From positions 32,001 through 96,000 of the IMG/VR virus record IMGVR_UViG_2721755344_000002: a DNA stretch of 64,000 bases. The stretch is one strand, 5' to 3'. Position numbers and translations under genes: made by a program. Source of the DNA: a virus. Lineage: Duplodnaviria > Caudoviricetes. Below the pieces are notes generated by a model. It ran no database searches. It was not told where the DNA came from and saw only the letters and a list, made by a program, of their open reading frames with translations. Every line of letters begins with the position of its first letter. Positions within the stretch are counted from its first letter, which is position 1. Below, piece after piece: positions 18,274 through 27,567 of this stretch.

Positions 18274-19836
18274 TTACATAGATTCATAGCAATCATTCCA
18301 ACTAAGTTGGGTCGTTTTAGAACGCTCTGACGATAATTCGTGATATCCCAAATCAAGGGATACTCCTATTCTTCCTAACTTTCTAGCAGTTTTCATTGTA
18401 GTTCCGCTTCCCCCAAATGGATCAAGCACCAATCCTGGCTTCCAGGGGATATTTATGTCAAAATCTGAACAACCACACTTTTCGCAAATTATTTTACCAG
18501 AAACCATTCCAGACAATGGGGGCAACGTATCTTCCCCTGATGAAATTTTTTTATCCGAATTAGAAAGATATATAATATTCCCGCAACGAATACAAGTCAG
18601 TTCTCTACATCCGCAATCCGATAATCCTTTATCAACCCGTTTAGTTTCTCTAGATGCCCACACTCTTTCTTTTTCATCCAAAGTCATATCTTCTGAAATT
18701 TCGAGCCAGTCGCTTTTGTCATATTCTATCACTCGAGCTCGAGGTTGTCCGCAAGCTTTACAAATGAACTCTGGGCAACCAGCTTTAATTATTTCTTCGC
18801 ACAACTTCTCTGGAAAGCAAGCGTAATGGGCTTCTCTATATGGTTTAGTTGGAATCTTCCATATACATCTTTTAATTCTGCCTTCTGGATTAGGACGCAT
18901 ATTTCTAGCCCTATACCAACTTTGGCCGGTCCCCTCATCCCAAGTACTTACTCCTTTCGGTATGAGAGTTTCTCCACCCCACCTATCCATAGACTTTTCG
19001 TATTTCTCTAGAGGCTGGTCAAACCAATAATTTTTTGATTTTACGAGGAAAAAGATGTATTCAAAATCAACAGAAAATCTATCTCGAGCACTATTTGGAA
19101 TACCGTTAGGCTTCTGCCAAATAATTGTATTCCTTAATCTCCACCCCTTGTCTATCATTTTAGTAACTAATCTAAACGGAATACCGCATAAAGACTTATC
19201 TTGAATTTGAGTCTTTGGTTGATCAAGTCTAAATTTTTCTGACTTCCCAAACTTATTACTTCTAAACGATGAGTTGCAAACTCCTTCTTTTAAACTTCCG
19301 GAAACGGTAGAATAAGTATCTCCAATATTTAAAAAGAATATACCATCGTCCCGCATTACTCTCCATACTTCATCAAATATCTGAATTAAATGCTCAATAT
19401 ATAAATCAAACGTAGGCTCAAGTCCTAACTGCCCTTTCCATGCACCACACTTCTTACAGAAAAAGCCTGAATCCCATATTGTGTCTCCCGCACTTCCAAT
19501 ATCTTTAGTAACACCCAATACTGTCATACTACTCGAGCTCACACCATGAGAAGGCTTCTTACCTAAAAATTTTATCTGCTCTCCCCAATCATGCTCGCAA
19601 TTCGGGTCGTCATCCCAAATCTGGTCGGGAATATCATATTTTCGGAGGAACCAATAAGGAGGGGACGTAAAGACGCAACTTATTGTTTTGTCTTTTAGAG
19701 GAATAAACCTCGAGTTGCCTTTTATATTAAAAGTCCTTACCGACTCTTTTAGAGATTTCTTACACTTTTCAAGTCCTAGCAGATCACTAACCATCTCGTT
19801 TAGCTCGTTGATACTTTCCACGCCTACCAGTATCAA
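18274..19836 (-). CDS. N4/N6 DNA methyltransferase with multiple Zn-finger-like insertions (paralog of 9666-10982)
   Basis: TSPPY, CGAWKGQLG, GWRLRNTIIWQKPN, LDPFGGSGT. Confidence 0.9.
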   Translation of the reverse strand: MILVGVESINELNEMVSDLLGLEKCKKSLKESVRTFNIKGNSRFIPLKDKTISCVFTSPPYWFLRKYDIPDQIWDDDPNCEHDWGEQIKFLGKKPSHGVSSSSMTVLGVTKDIGSAGDTIWDSGFFCKKCGAWKGQLGLEPTFDLYIEHLIQIFDEVWRVMRDDGIFFLNIGDTYSTVSGSLKEGVCNSSFRSNKFGKSEKFRLDQPKTQIQDKSLCGIPFRLVTKMIDKGWRLRNTIIWQKPNGIPNSARDRFSVDFEYIFFLVKSKNYWFDQPLEKYEKSMDRWGGETLIPKGVSTWDEGTGQSWYRARNMRPNPEGRIKRCIWKIPTKPYREAHYACFPEKLCEEIIKAGCPEFICKACGQPRARVIEYDKSDWLEISEDMTLDEKERVWASRETKRVDKGLSDCGCRELTCIRCGNIIYLSNSDKKISSGEDTLPPLSGMVSGKIICEKCGCSDFDINIPWKPGLVLDPFGGSGTTMKTARKLGRIGVSLDLGYHELSSERSKTTQLSWNDCYESM

Positions 19837-20073
19837 TTATTACTCCAGTCTTTTCATATACTTTGTATTCCCTTTCCCTACTCAAATCCTTTCCGTAAAT
19901 TTCTTTTCTCAGTTTCTTTGCTTTTTTAGCATTCATTATTCCTCCACTCGCAATCCTACTGGGTGACCTGCTGCAGCTAAAACAGAATTATTATTTAAAT
20001 TTTAATAACTTAAATTAAACCAAGTGCCAAAATGTAAATTTTTAAACCTATTCCATAATAATTAAGAATAGTT

Positions 20074-20144
20074 AGCCCGTAGGAGGAATCGAACCCCCTT
20101 CTGATGGGTACAAACCATCAGCTCTGCCATTGAGCTACACGGGC
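20074..20144 (-). tRNA. trnT: tRNA-Thr(UGU)
   Basis: GCCCGTG/TACGGGC acceptor, GCTC-AATGGCA-GAGC D arm, GATGG-TTTGTAC-CCATC anticodon arm, GGGGG-TTCGATT-CCTCC T arm; CCA not encoded. Confidence 0.9.
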
Positions 20145-20981
20145 AACTCTTCTACAAATTTTAACTTTCATAGTGCTCGTATTGAATCATAAAGCCTCCT
20201 TAAGTTATTTTGTCCATATTATTTTTTAAAAATTCTTGGTTTTCATTTTCCTTAACCCAAAAAATCTTATTTAATATTTCGCTAATTTGTTCATCTGATA
20301 TCTCAATTTCTCTTTCTCTCCAACCAAATTGTTCATGTTCTTTAAACCTAATCCTCATAAAGCCTCCTTTTACGAGGGTGCCATCTTATCAACTTTTACC
20401 TTGTTAAACATCTTCATTGCGTCCACCCATCCATCGAAAATCAAGAAATATCCGCAAATTGAGCACAGCGACCCCTGCAGCATATAGAAATCTGTAGAAT
20501 ATTCCTTGTACACCATAGACTTACCGCAACGTGGGCAAATAAAAGTATCCTTAGCTTTATTCAACGTTATCTCCAAAAGTAGAACTCTTGACTTCCCGTA
20601 TTTGAATCATTCTTTTCTTACCTTCTCCTCCTGGCACAGACCCTTTTTCAGCAAACTCCGACAAGTCAATACAAACTTCCAACAACTTCTTAATTACCTG
20701 AATATTCTGTTCTGCATTTTTTAGACTAATCTTATGATTAGTCGTATTAAGTTTAAACTCAAGTACTAACAATTCTCCATTTAAAACAGTAGCCGATATA
20801 TTAGTCATCGGGCCTGCATTAGACCAACTAAGATATTCATACACTTTTTTTTCTACTTTTACCATAAAAATCTCCTATCATTTAGAGTGGGGGAGGCAGT
20901 CAGGAGGAATTTAGCGACTAGCCCCCCTCCCCCTTTTAGAACTTAGTCGCTTGAGGGCTTTTTAATAAAATAACACTATCT

Positions 20982-21275
20982 TTAAAATTGTTCGCTATTT
21001 ATCCTAATCATTCTCTTACTCTTACGGTTATTTGCTTTTATATTAGAATTAAAAGGAGATATAAAATTAAGTACATTCTTCCAACACTTTTTGTGAACAT
21101 AATAGTAAATAAGCCCCTCTGAAATATCTTCTGAAATATCTAATCTGTACTCTGGCTCGAACGATGGCGATCCACGATAATACAACTGCTTCTGGCAGAC
21201 AAAACAAGTACCAGGTCTCATTGACATCACCTCCAGACTTAAAAATCTTTGCCATCTGTGCAATTTAGAATCCAT
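20982..21275 (-). CDS. hypothetical Zn-binding protein with C-terminal RMIRI motif
   Basis: CFVC...HKKC; ends KSKRMIRINSEQF. Confidence 0.55.
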   Translation of the reverse strand: MDSKLHRWQRFLSLEVMSMRPGTCFVCQKQLYYRGSPSFEPEYRLDISEDISEGLIYYYVHKKCWKNVLNFISPFNSNIKANNRKSKRMIRINSEQF

Positions 21276-21600
21276 ACCAATCTATCCCAGGAAGTCCGTC
21301 CACTATTGCCTTTAACAATTTTTCATCTTCAGTAGGTTCTGGAGGAGGTTGTAAATCCTTTGTCAATAGCGGTTCTGAATTAAATTCAAAGCAAAATGGT
21401 TTTGGATCATTCCTTCTTTTTTTCAGCCATCTCTTTCTCCGCATCTAATTCCTCCACCCTATCTACGTGAAAATATTTAATAAGATCATCCAAAAATTTA
21501 TTTTTCCATTTCCAACAAATAGGAGCAGTTTTTGTAATCATCCCGTCGTCATCTACTTTCACACAAAATGTAGATTTAGGACTTGATAACCAATATGTTT

Positions 21601-21861
21601 TCATTCATCCCCATCCCTTAACCTTAGCATCCTCCATTTTGAAGTTCTTTCAACCTTGTTAGTATTTCTAACATCCAATTCAATAGGATCATTTTTTCCT
21701 ATTATTTCTATCAAACCCTGAATGTTTCCTTCCGTAAATACAATTTCGGCAGTAGCAAAACTTCTGCATGCAAGAAATTCCTTATTCCGTTCTCCAAAAG
21801 AAGAAACATCAAGTGATTCTCTATCAATATTTACAGATTTTATATAACCTTTAACTTTCAT
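21601..21861 (-). CDS. hypothetical protein with C-terminal RMLRL motif
   Basis: 86 aa; ends SKWRMLRLRDGDE. Confidence 0.6.
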   Translation of the reverse strand: MKVKGYIKSVNIDRESLDVSSFGERNKEFLACRSFATAEIVFTEGNIQGLIEIIGKNDPIELDVRNTNKVERTSKWRMLRLRDGDE

Positions 21862-22031
21862 TTTAAATCACCCAATTCTTTCTCCATCTGCACCGCACCA
21901 ATCGCATTTTTTAGAAACTTTGTCGACTGCTTCCCATTCATGGTGGCACTTCGTACAATGGAATATATAAACTTTCCATTCTTTACAAAACTTCAATGCT
22001 AATTGCCTAAATCTATTATCTTTAATTTTGT

Positions 22032-22151
22032 TCATCTTAAACGAATCATCCTCTTTGGTTTAGGAACATCTCCATTTTTAATATGAAATCGCTTATGAGC
22101 CATCTTATAACATTTCGGTACTTTCTTCCCGCACAATTCACATTTTTTCAT
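22032..22151 (-). CDS. 39-aa C2H2-like zinc finger peptide ending in RMIRLR (missed by ORF track)
   Basis: manual translation MKKCELCGKKVPKCYKMAHKRFHIKNGDVPKPKRMIRLR*. Confidence 0.6.
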   Translation of the reverse strand: MKKCELCGKKVPKCYKMAHKRFHIKNGDVPKPKRMIRLR

Positions 22152-22308
22152 TTGCTCTATCCTCTCTAAGTCTTATCATGCGATACTTTTTAGGTCTAAA
22201 AATTAATCCTAAATTTTCGCCAAATTTTCTTACTACGGAACTATCCTCCTTTTCGAGAGTTGAAAAATTATGCCATTTCCCATCCTGTCCTAGATATTCT
22301 ATTTTCAT
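22138..22308 (-). CDS. 56-aa paralog of 1055-1306 (missed by ORF track)
   Basis: manual translation MKIEYLGQDGKWHNFSTLEKEDSSVVRKFGENLGLIFRPKKYRMIRLREDRANEKM*. Confidence 0.75.
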   Translation of the reverse strand: MKIEYLGQDGKWHNFSTLEKEDSSVVRKFGENLGLIFRPKKYRMIRLREDRANEKM

Positions 22309-23016
22309 TACGCAATCTCGTACTTCTGTTACCTTGGCCTGTTATTGAAAATCAAAATATTTTTTACTTTACAAATTTTGCGCAAACCTATATCCACTTT
22401 ACATTACGTCTTTCGCATTCCTATTCGATTCAATCGAATCTGTTATACAAGCTATTTCCAAATCTTTGGAACCAACTACACAGTCAAATCCGCACTCGCA
22501 ACTTATAGTCAGTCCGCTGGCTTCAATACACCACCTGCTTTTCTCCAAGTCTATTTCCCAAATCTTTTTGCATTTTGGGCACTCTAAAGTCCAACGGTAG
22601 ATTGTTCTCCCAGACTTACTTCTAAATATTTTAAATTTCTTCTCTTTCATTATTTTTTGGGAAAAGTAACTTTTTGATTGCTTCAAAACGTTCCTTTCCA
22701 GTAAGAACTCTAATTTCCTTGGCGAGTGGTACTAACAACGGCTTACCTTCCTTATTTTTTGAAAAAAGCTGATCAACTGCTTCTTTGGCTTCTCTTAAAT
22801 GTGTTCCGAACAACGGCTCTGGATCATCCAAACAACGGCGTACCTCGATAGATTTTATTATTTTTTCTAATAACTCTTCAAGTTGCGGAATTTCATCTAT
22901 TGAAATATTGAATTTCTTGGTAGTAAACGCATCAATAAACTTACCGTTCTCGTTCAGTTTATCTCTACCGTTAACAAATATCGTTACTTCATCGCCAGAA
23001 ATATCGTATTCAAATC

Positions 23017-23604
23017 TCAATAGTTAAACTCCTTCAAAGGAGTTCCAGACTCTCTTGCCCAAATTAGAGCATCAAGTTCGGCTACTCCCATATCCTGTTC
23101 TTTGGCTTTAATTCTAAACTCCTCTTCCAATCTTAAATAATCTCTTATAGTCATACGGAATTTGTCGTATTTCAAATATCTTAAAATATGAACATCCAGT
23201 ATAGCCAGGTCTCGAGCACCCATATTTCTCAAAAAGTGACTAGCTGCCTTCATTCCCAATCCGCCTACTTGCCTTACTAATATCCCTCTTTTAGATTCCC
23301 AATCTATTTCACTCTTAATTAACTGACATATAGCAGGAAATACATATCGCATATCTTTTAGATATCTTGCTTTCCTTTTCCAAAATCTTAAAGTCTTAAT
23401 CATCTCCTCTATTTTTTTAACCGAAAAATTTGCAAAATAAAAATCATTTTCTTTTAATTTATCAACTATTTCAGTAACTTTTTTAAACTTGCATCCTGGA
23501 ACAAGAATACAAAATACCAAATCATAAAATATATCCACATCGGATTTATTCTGAAATCTAAATCTCTCGGACAGTAAATTATTTATTAAATTAGTTTTAG
23601 TCAT
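23017..23604 (-). CDS. ogg: 8-oxoguanine N-glycosylase/DNA lyase (Ogg, archaeal/Thermotoga-type HhH)
   Basis: LVFCIL, RFWKRKARY, GLGMKAASHFLRNMG, AILDVHIL, Y..LE, ELDALIW. Confidence 0.88.
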   Translation of the reverse strand: MTKTNLINNLLSERFRFQNKSDVDIFYDLVFCILVPGCKFKKVTEIVDKLKENDFYFANFSVKKIEEMIKTLRFWKRKARYLKDMRYVFPAICQLIKSEIDWESKRGILVRQVGGLGMKAASHFLRNMGARDLAILDVHILRYLKYDKFRMTIRDYLRLEEEFRIKAKEQDMGVAELDALIWARESGTPLKEFNY

Positions 23605-23853
23605 CGTTTTCGGTTCTTACAACTTTCAGCCTTTCCTTATTGTGTTTAGTTCCCTGAAAATCAAAGTACTCCATAACTTCCCAAAGTAATTCTTCGTGTT
23701 CTTTCAAATCATCATTCTCGTCTTCTTCAATCACTATTGAAAAAGGCTCTCCGCCTCTCTCCAAAACATAACCGTTTCTAGCCCTATTAATTTTTAACCA
23801 CAAATCATTCGCCATTATTTCCCCTTTCATACGAAAAATTATTTAAAAAGGGT

Positions 23854-24216
23854 TTATAAAGTAGGAAAATACCTACAATTCCAATATTTCTTAGCCTGTT
23901 CTTCTGAAGTGAAACCCATATCAAATCGTGGGGGCATAGTAACACAATCATTCTTACACGATATCTTATACAACTTACTTCCAGGAATAATCCAAATAAA
24001 TGCCTCGCTTCCGCAAAACGGACAACCCATTAAATCTTTGCTTTCTCCAAGTTTTGGGTTTTTATCCATAAGGCTCCCTAATTCATTAGTAGTCCTCATT
24101 TTGCTTGTAAATAGGAGAATCCTAGTTAAATAATAGCACACCCAAAATATCATTAGTAGTACTATTACACCACCTATAATGTATCCCTCTATTGTCATTT
24201 TGTCCTTTACCTCCAA
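23854..24216 (-). CDS. Lar-like (restriction alleviation) Zn-finger domain, possibly with N-terminal TM helix
   Basis: CPFCG...ISC...C...A.KYWN.R. Confidence 0.55.
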   Translation of the reverse strand: MEVKDKMTIEGYIIGGVIVLLMIFWVCYYLTRILLFTSKMRTTNELGSLMDKNPKLGESKDLMGCPFCGSEAFIWIIPGSKLYKISCKNDCVTMPPRFDMGFTSEEQAKKYWNCRYFPTL

Positions 24217-24641
24217 GTTCTGTGTTTTTCAGCTATCCACTCCCTCCCATCATACTCCTCGATCTCCCAATCAACATCATCCGGGATTTCTACTACGGTA
24301 AGTTCTGCATGGGCACCATTTGCTTTCTTCTTTAAAGTCTCAACAGCTTGAATTAAATATGGATCGTCTCTTTTATAACCGTCACCTTCTCCCGCATAGC
24401 CATATCCATGAAATGTGGGATCATCTTTATACTTTACATCAATCTCTAACCATTTTCTATATTCCTCTGGACAGTCATCAGGCCATTCCCCATTCTTCTT
24501 ATAATAATTAAACCATCTTTTTTTCATCTTCCATTCTTGGACTTCATCCTTAGCCTGTTTACTTCCTAAATCAGCCATCAATTCTGCGCACTTCCTACTA
24601 ATTGAGAATCCACCATAACAACTATTAATAACAATATTCAT
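24207..24641 (-). CDS. conserved phage hypothetical protein
   Basis: IVINSCYGGFSIS...RDDPYL...VVEIPDDVDWEIEEYDGREWIAEKHRTW is a widespread phage motif set. Confidence 0.75.
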   Translation of the reverse strand: MNIVINSCYGGFSISRKCAELMADLGSKQAKDEVQEWKMKKRWFNYYKKNGEWPDDCPEEYRKWLEIDVKYKDDPTFHGYGYAGEGDGYKRDDPYLIQAVETLKKKANGAHAELTVVEIPDDVDWEIEEYDGREWIAEKHRTWR

Positions 24642-24953
24642 TATACCCTCCGTTTTTTTTCAGTAGAAAAATTACATTCAGAGTTTGAACATTTAAAGGT
24701 GCTCCAGCACTTAATATGCGACTTCTCTGTTATTGAGTCTCCGCATTGCATCGCATTAATTGCTTGCTCTCTTGTTTTGAAACCATTAATCGCATTACGT
24801 TCTACCAATAGTAAATCATCTCCGCATTGAGGGCACACTCGATTTTCTAAACACCTTTGATAATCTCTTCGGAAAACATCTTTCTTGTGACACCTATCGA
24901 GTGCTTTATCGCAAATCTTAAATTCTTCGGACATTTTATCTCCCTCTAAAATT

Positions 24954-25051
24954 TGGTGGGGAATTACTGGCTCGCCCAGTAGAGTAGCACCACATGTGCC
25001 GTCAGTCCAGACCTTCCATTACGAACACGGTAGACGCTTGCTCCATCCCCA
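24954..25051 (-). ncRNA. tRNA-like structured RNA ending in CCA
   Basis: TGGGGA...TCCCCA-CCA termini, TACTGG-GCGAG-CCAGTA hairpin before the 3' strand; GC-rich intergenic. Confidence 0.45.
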
Positions 25052-25845
25052 TTCTTTAAACATCCCCATAAGCACCTGATTTTGGATTAATTACTGGGTC
25101 AACTTCCAATATTAAAGTTCCAACATTTCCGCAATGCAAACAATATTGTTTTCGCAAGCCAGCAACGTTCCCAATCAGCAATTCGTATTCTTTTTTACAA
25201 TTCTTGCACTTTACTTTCCACAAGTTTTTTATATTTGCATCCATTATCCGTCTCCTGTTGAATCCTGGAATCTTGGAATGAAAACCTTATACTTCTTAAT
25301 AACTCTCTCGGCTTTCTTAGGTTGTTTCTTTTTACCAGCTTTATTCCGTTTATCTTTTTTCATTTTCCTTCTTCCGCTTTGCGCTTTGCTATCTTCTCAC
25401 GCCATTCAATTTCAAGTACTTCACTATCCAACTCATATTTAGTTTGCAAAAGACTTAGTTGTCTTAAATAAGGTTCTCCAATCCTTAAACAATCTTTGCA
25501 ATAGATAACAGCATGGTCCCCTTCCCAGCGATGAAGAATTTGACAGCCCCCGCATAAGTCTTTATGGCACATACAGCACTTTCTCAAACTTGATATCTGT
25601 TTTCCACAATCATCGCAAATATATCTATTCACCATACTTGTTACTTCTTCTTGTTTTATCATCTTAACTCTTCTTTCCGTACAAAGCTTTTCTGACCCAA
25701 GCGTCTGTCATCTTTATACCAAACTGAGAACGCCACATAAAAGATATGTCGCTTACTGTCACATTATTAAACTTAGCTTTTGTTAATTGACAAGTAGAAG
25801 TCATCCAATCTCTTAAATTTGATTTTATTTCATCCCTACTTTTCA

Positions 25846-26250
25846 TTAGTTCTTCTTTCTCTCTTCATAAATTCTTTTCTTGCTCTCCAACCCCTGTAAG
25901 ATATCTATGATGTCTTTCTTAATCTCGTCCTTTAAGTCTCGTCCCGTTACCACAGCTTTCTTAATGTTGTTCTCTGTTATGTTTTGAACAACTATCATAC
26001 CAATAAGGGTATTCTTACTTGGAGTAATAATAGATAGAACAAGAAATATTACAAACAACCATTTGATATACCTAAATCTCCGGTGAACGTTCATTAAATC
26101 TTTGTCATTATCTTTGGCACCGAAAAGACCAACTAAGAAAACTATACCAGCGCCAGCACCAAATATAAAAGCCAAAAGACTAACTATAATACCCAAGTTC
26201 TCAGAAAACCCCAATAGATAAATTAACCAAGGACTAATTATCGGTTCCAT
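25846..26250 (-). CDS. membrane protein
   Basis: MEPIISPWLIYL, two hydrophobic segments, PSKNT motif. Confidence 0.7.
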   Translation of the reverse strand: MEPIISPWLIYLLGFSENLGIIVSLLAFIFGAGAGIVFLVGLFGAKDNDKDLMNVHRRFRYIKWLFVIFLVLSIITPSKNTLIGMIVVQNITENNIKKAVVTGRDLKDEIKKDIIDILQGLESKKRIYEERKKN

Positions 26251-27036
26251 ATATTCCTCCTATATTCTTTCTTTCCAATCATACACCTTCGCCCAACGAC
26301 GAATAACATCTTTACTGGCTCCCGCCTCCTTGGGCAACAAAGAAACTGGGACCCCTTCTAACTTCACACAAATGAACTACTTGTTGAGCAATCTCATCAA
26401 TCTCAAGAACAAAAAATTTCCTCCAGCAGCAGCCACATCCATCAGTCTCGTTTTTTGGAACAGCCGGAAAAGTTTTATTAATTGAGATTACATCAGTATC
26501 TTGATGCCCCTGTAAACTATAATGCTTCATCAGTAAATAAACTTTCACCTGCTAACTCCTCCCAAAAAAAATCGACTATCTCTCCTATCCTACTATGACA
26601 ATGACAACCACATCCTTCTGATTCATCTGCAGTTAAACAACAAGCACAATCAAAACTTAGACTGTCTTCTCCCATTTGTCCATCGTAGCAAAATATCCAT
26701 CTATGAGTAGATCGTGGAGAAGACTTATTCTTCTTATCAAACTCATCCCCTAGCCACTCATTAAACTTCTTCCTTAACTCCACTTTCCTATTATAAACAG
26801 ACTTCGGAATAATAACTTTATCCATATACTCCTCGCTTCTTAAACAGCTTAAAACATTTAAAATCTTCACACCAGTTGCCCGGATCTTTTTTTACTTTAA
26901 ACAACTTACAAAATCCGTTATCAAGATATTCTCCATCAAAACCCGGATTAAAATTATAATGTCCACAAAAATCGCAGCAAGCATTACAAAACTCGCTACA
27001 CTTTTCCACTTTAGTTCTCCTCATGTTTTGTTACAA

Positions 27037-27252
27037 CTACTTTTTCCATTCAATTATTCCATAAATAGCCAAGCAGAAATAGATAGTAAACAGTACCCCC
27101 TGCCAGAACGCTCCTATCCAATAATCGTATACCGCCCAGCTGCCGTTTGTAAAAAACCAAACAAAGAAACAACTTCTCTTCTTCTTAATATTCAACACCA
27201 CACCAACCAAACTAAAAATCGTAAGTATGAAGGTAAAGGTACTTAATCCCAA
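27037..27252 (-). CDS. small PnuC-like membrane protein
   Basis: three short TM helices, F.VW..N..W, GIIEWKK end. Confidence 0.55.
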   Translation of the reverse strand: MGLSTFTFILTIFSLVGVVLNIKKKRSCFFVWFFTNGSWAVYDYWIGAFWQGVLFTIYFCLAIYGIIEWKK

Positions 27253-27313
27253 TTATTTCACCTCCGATTTAACGTAACTGCTCAAGACACTTGGCGACCA
27301 TTTTCGCTTATTA

Positions 27314-27367
27314 CAGTAAGGACATTTCATAAAGTTTCCTCAGTAAGAACATTTCATAAAGTTTCCT
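27314..27367. repeat. 27-bp tandem duplication
   Basis: cagtaag(g/a)acatttcataaagtttcct twice (RKLYEM repeated). Confidence 0.9.
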
Positions 27368-27567
27368 CTCTAAAGCCTGAATATTATCTTTGAGTAAAAT
27401 ATTCTCCCTAACCAAACTAGCAGGATCACTATTGGTTTCAAGCTCATAAATGTAATTTCGGACTGGCTTCGGTAAGGCATTTATATTTTTAGATGTTGGC
27501 TTCCATCTTCTTCCAGGATTCTGTTTCATATATATTAAATAACACTATTATTTAGAATTTTCGCATT

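Noticed and set aside
24207-24641. Self-target of array A (DDPYLI resembles predicted DDPYIL)
   Set aside because: Only four consecutive residues fit; the flanking positions do not match.
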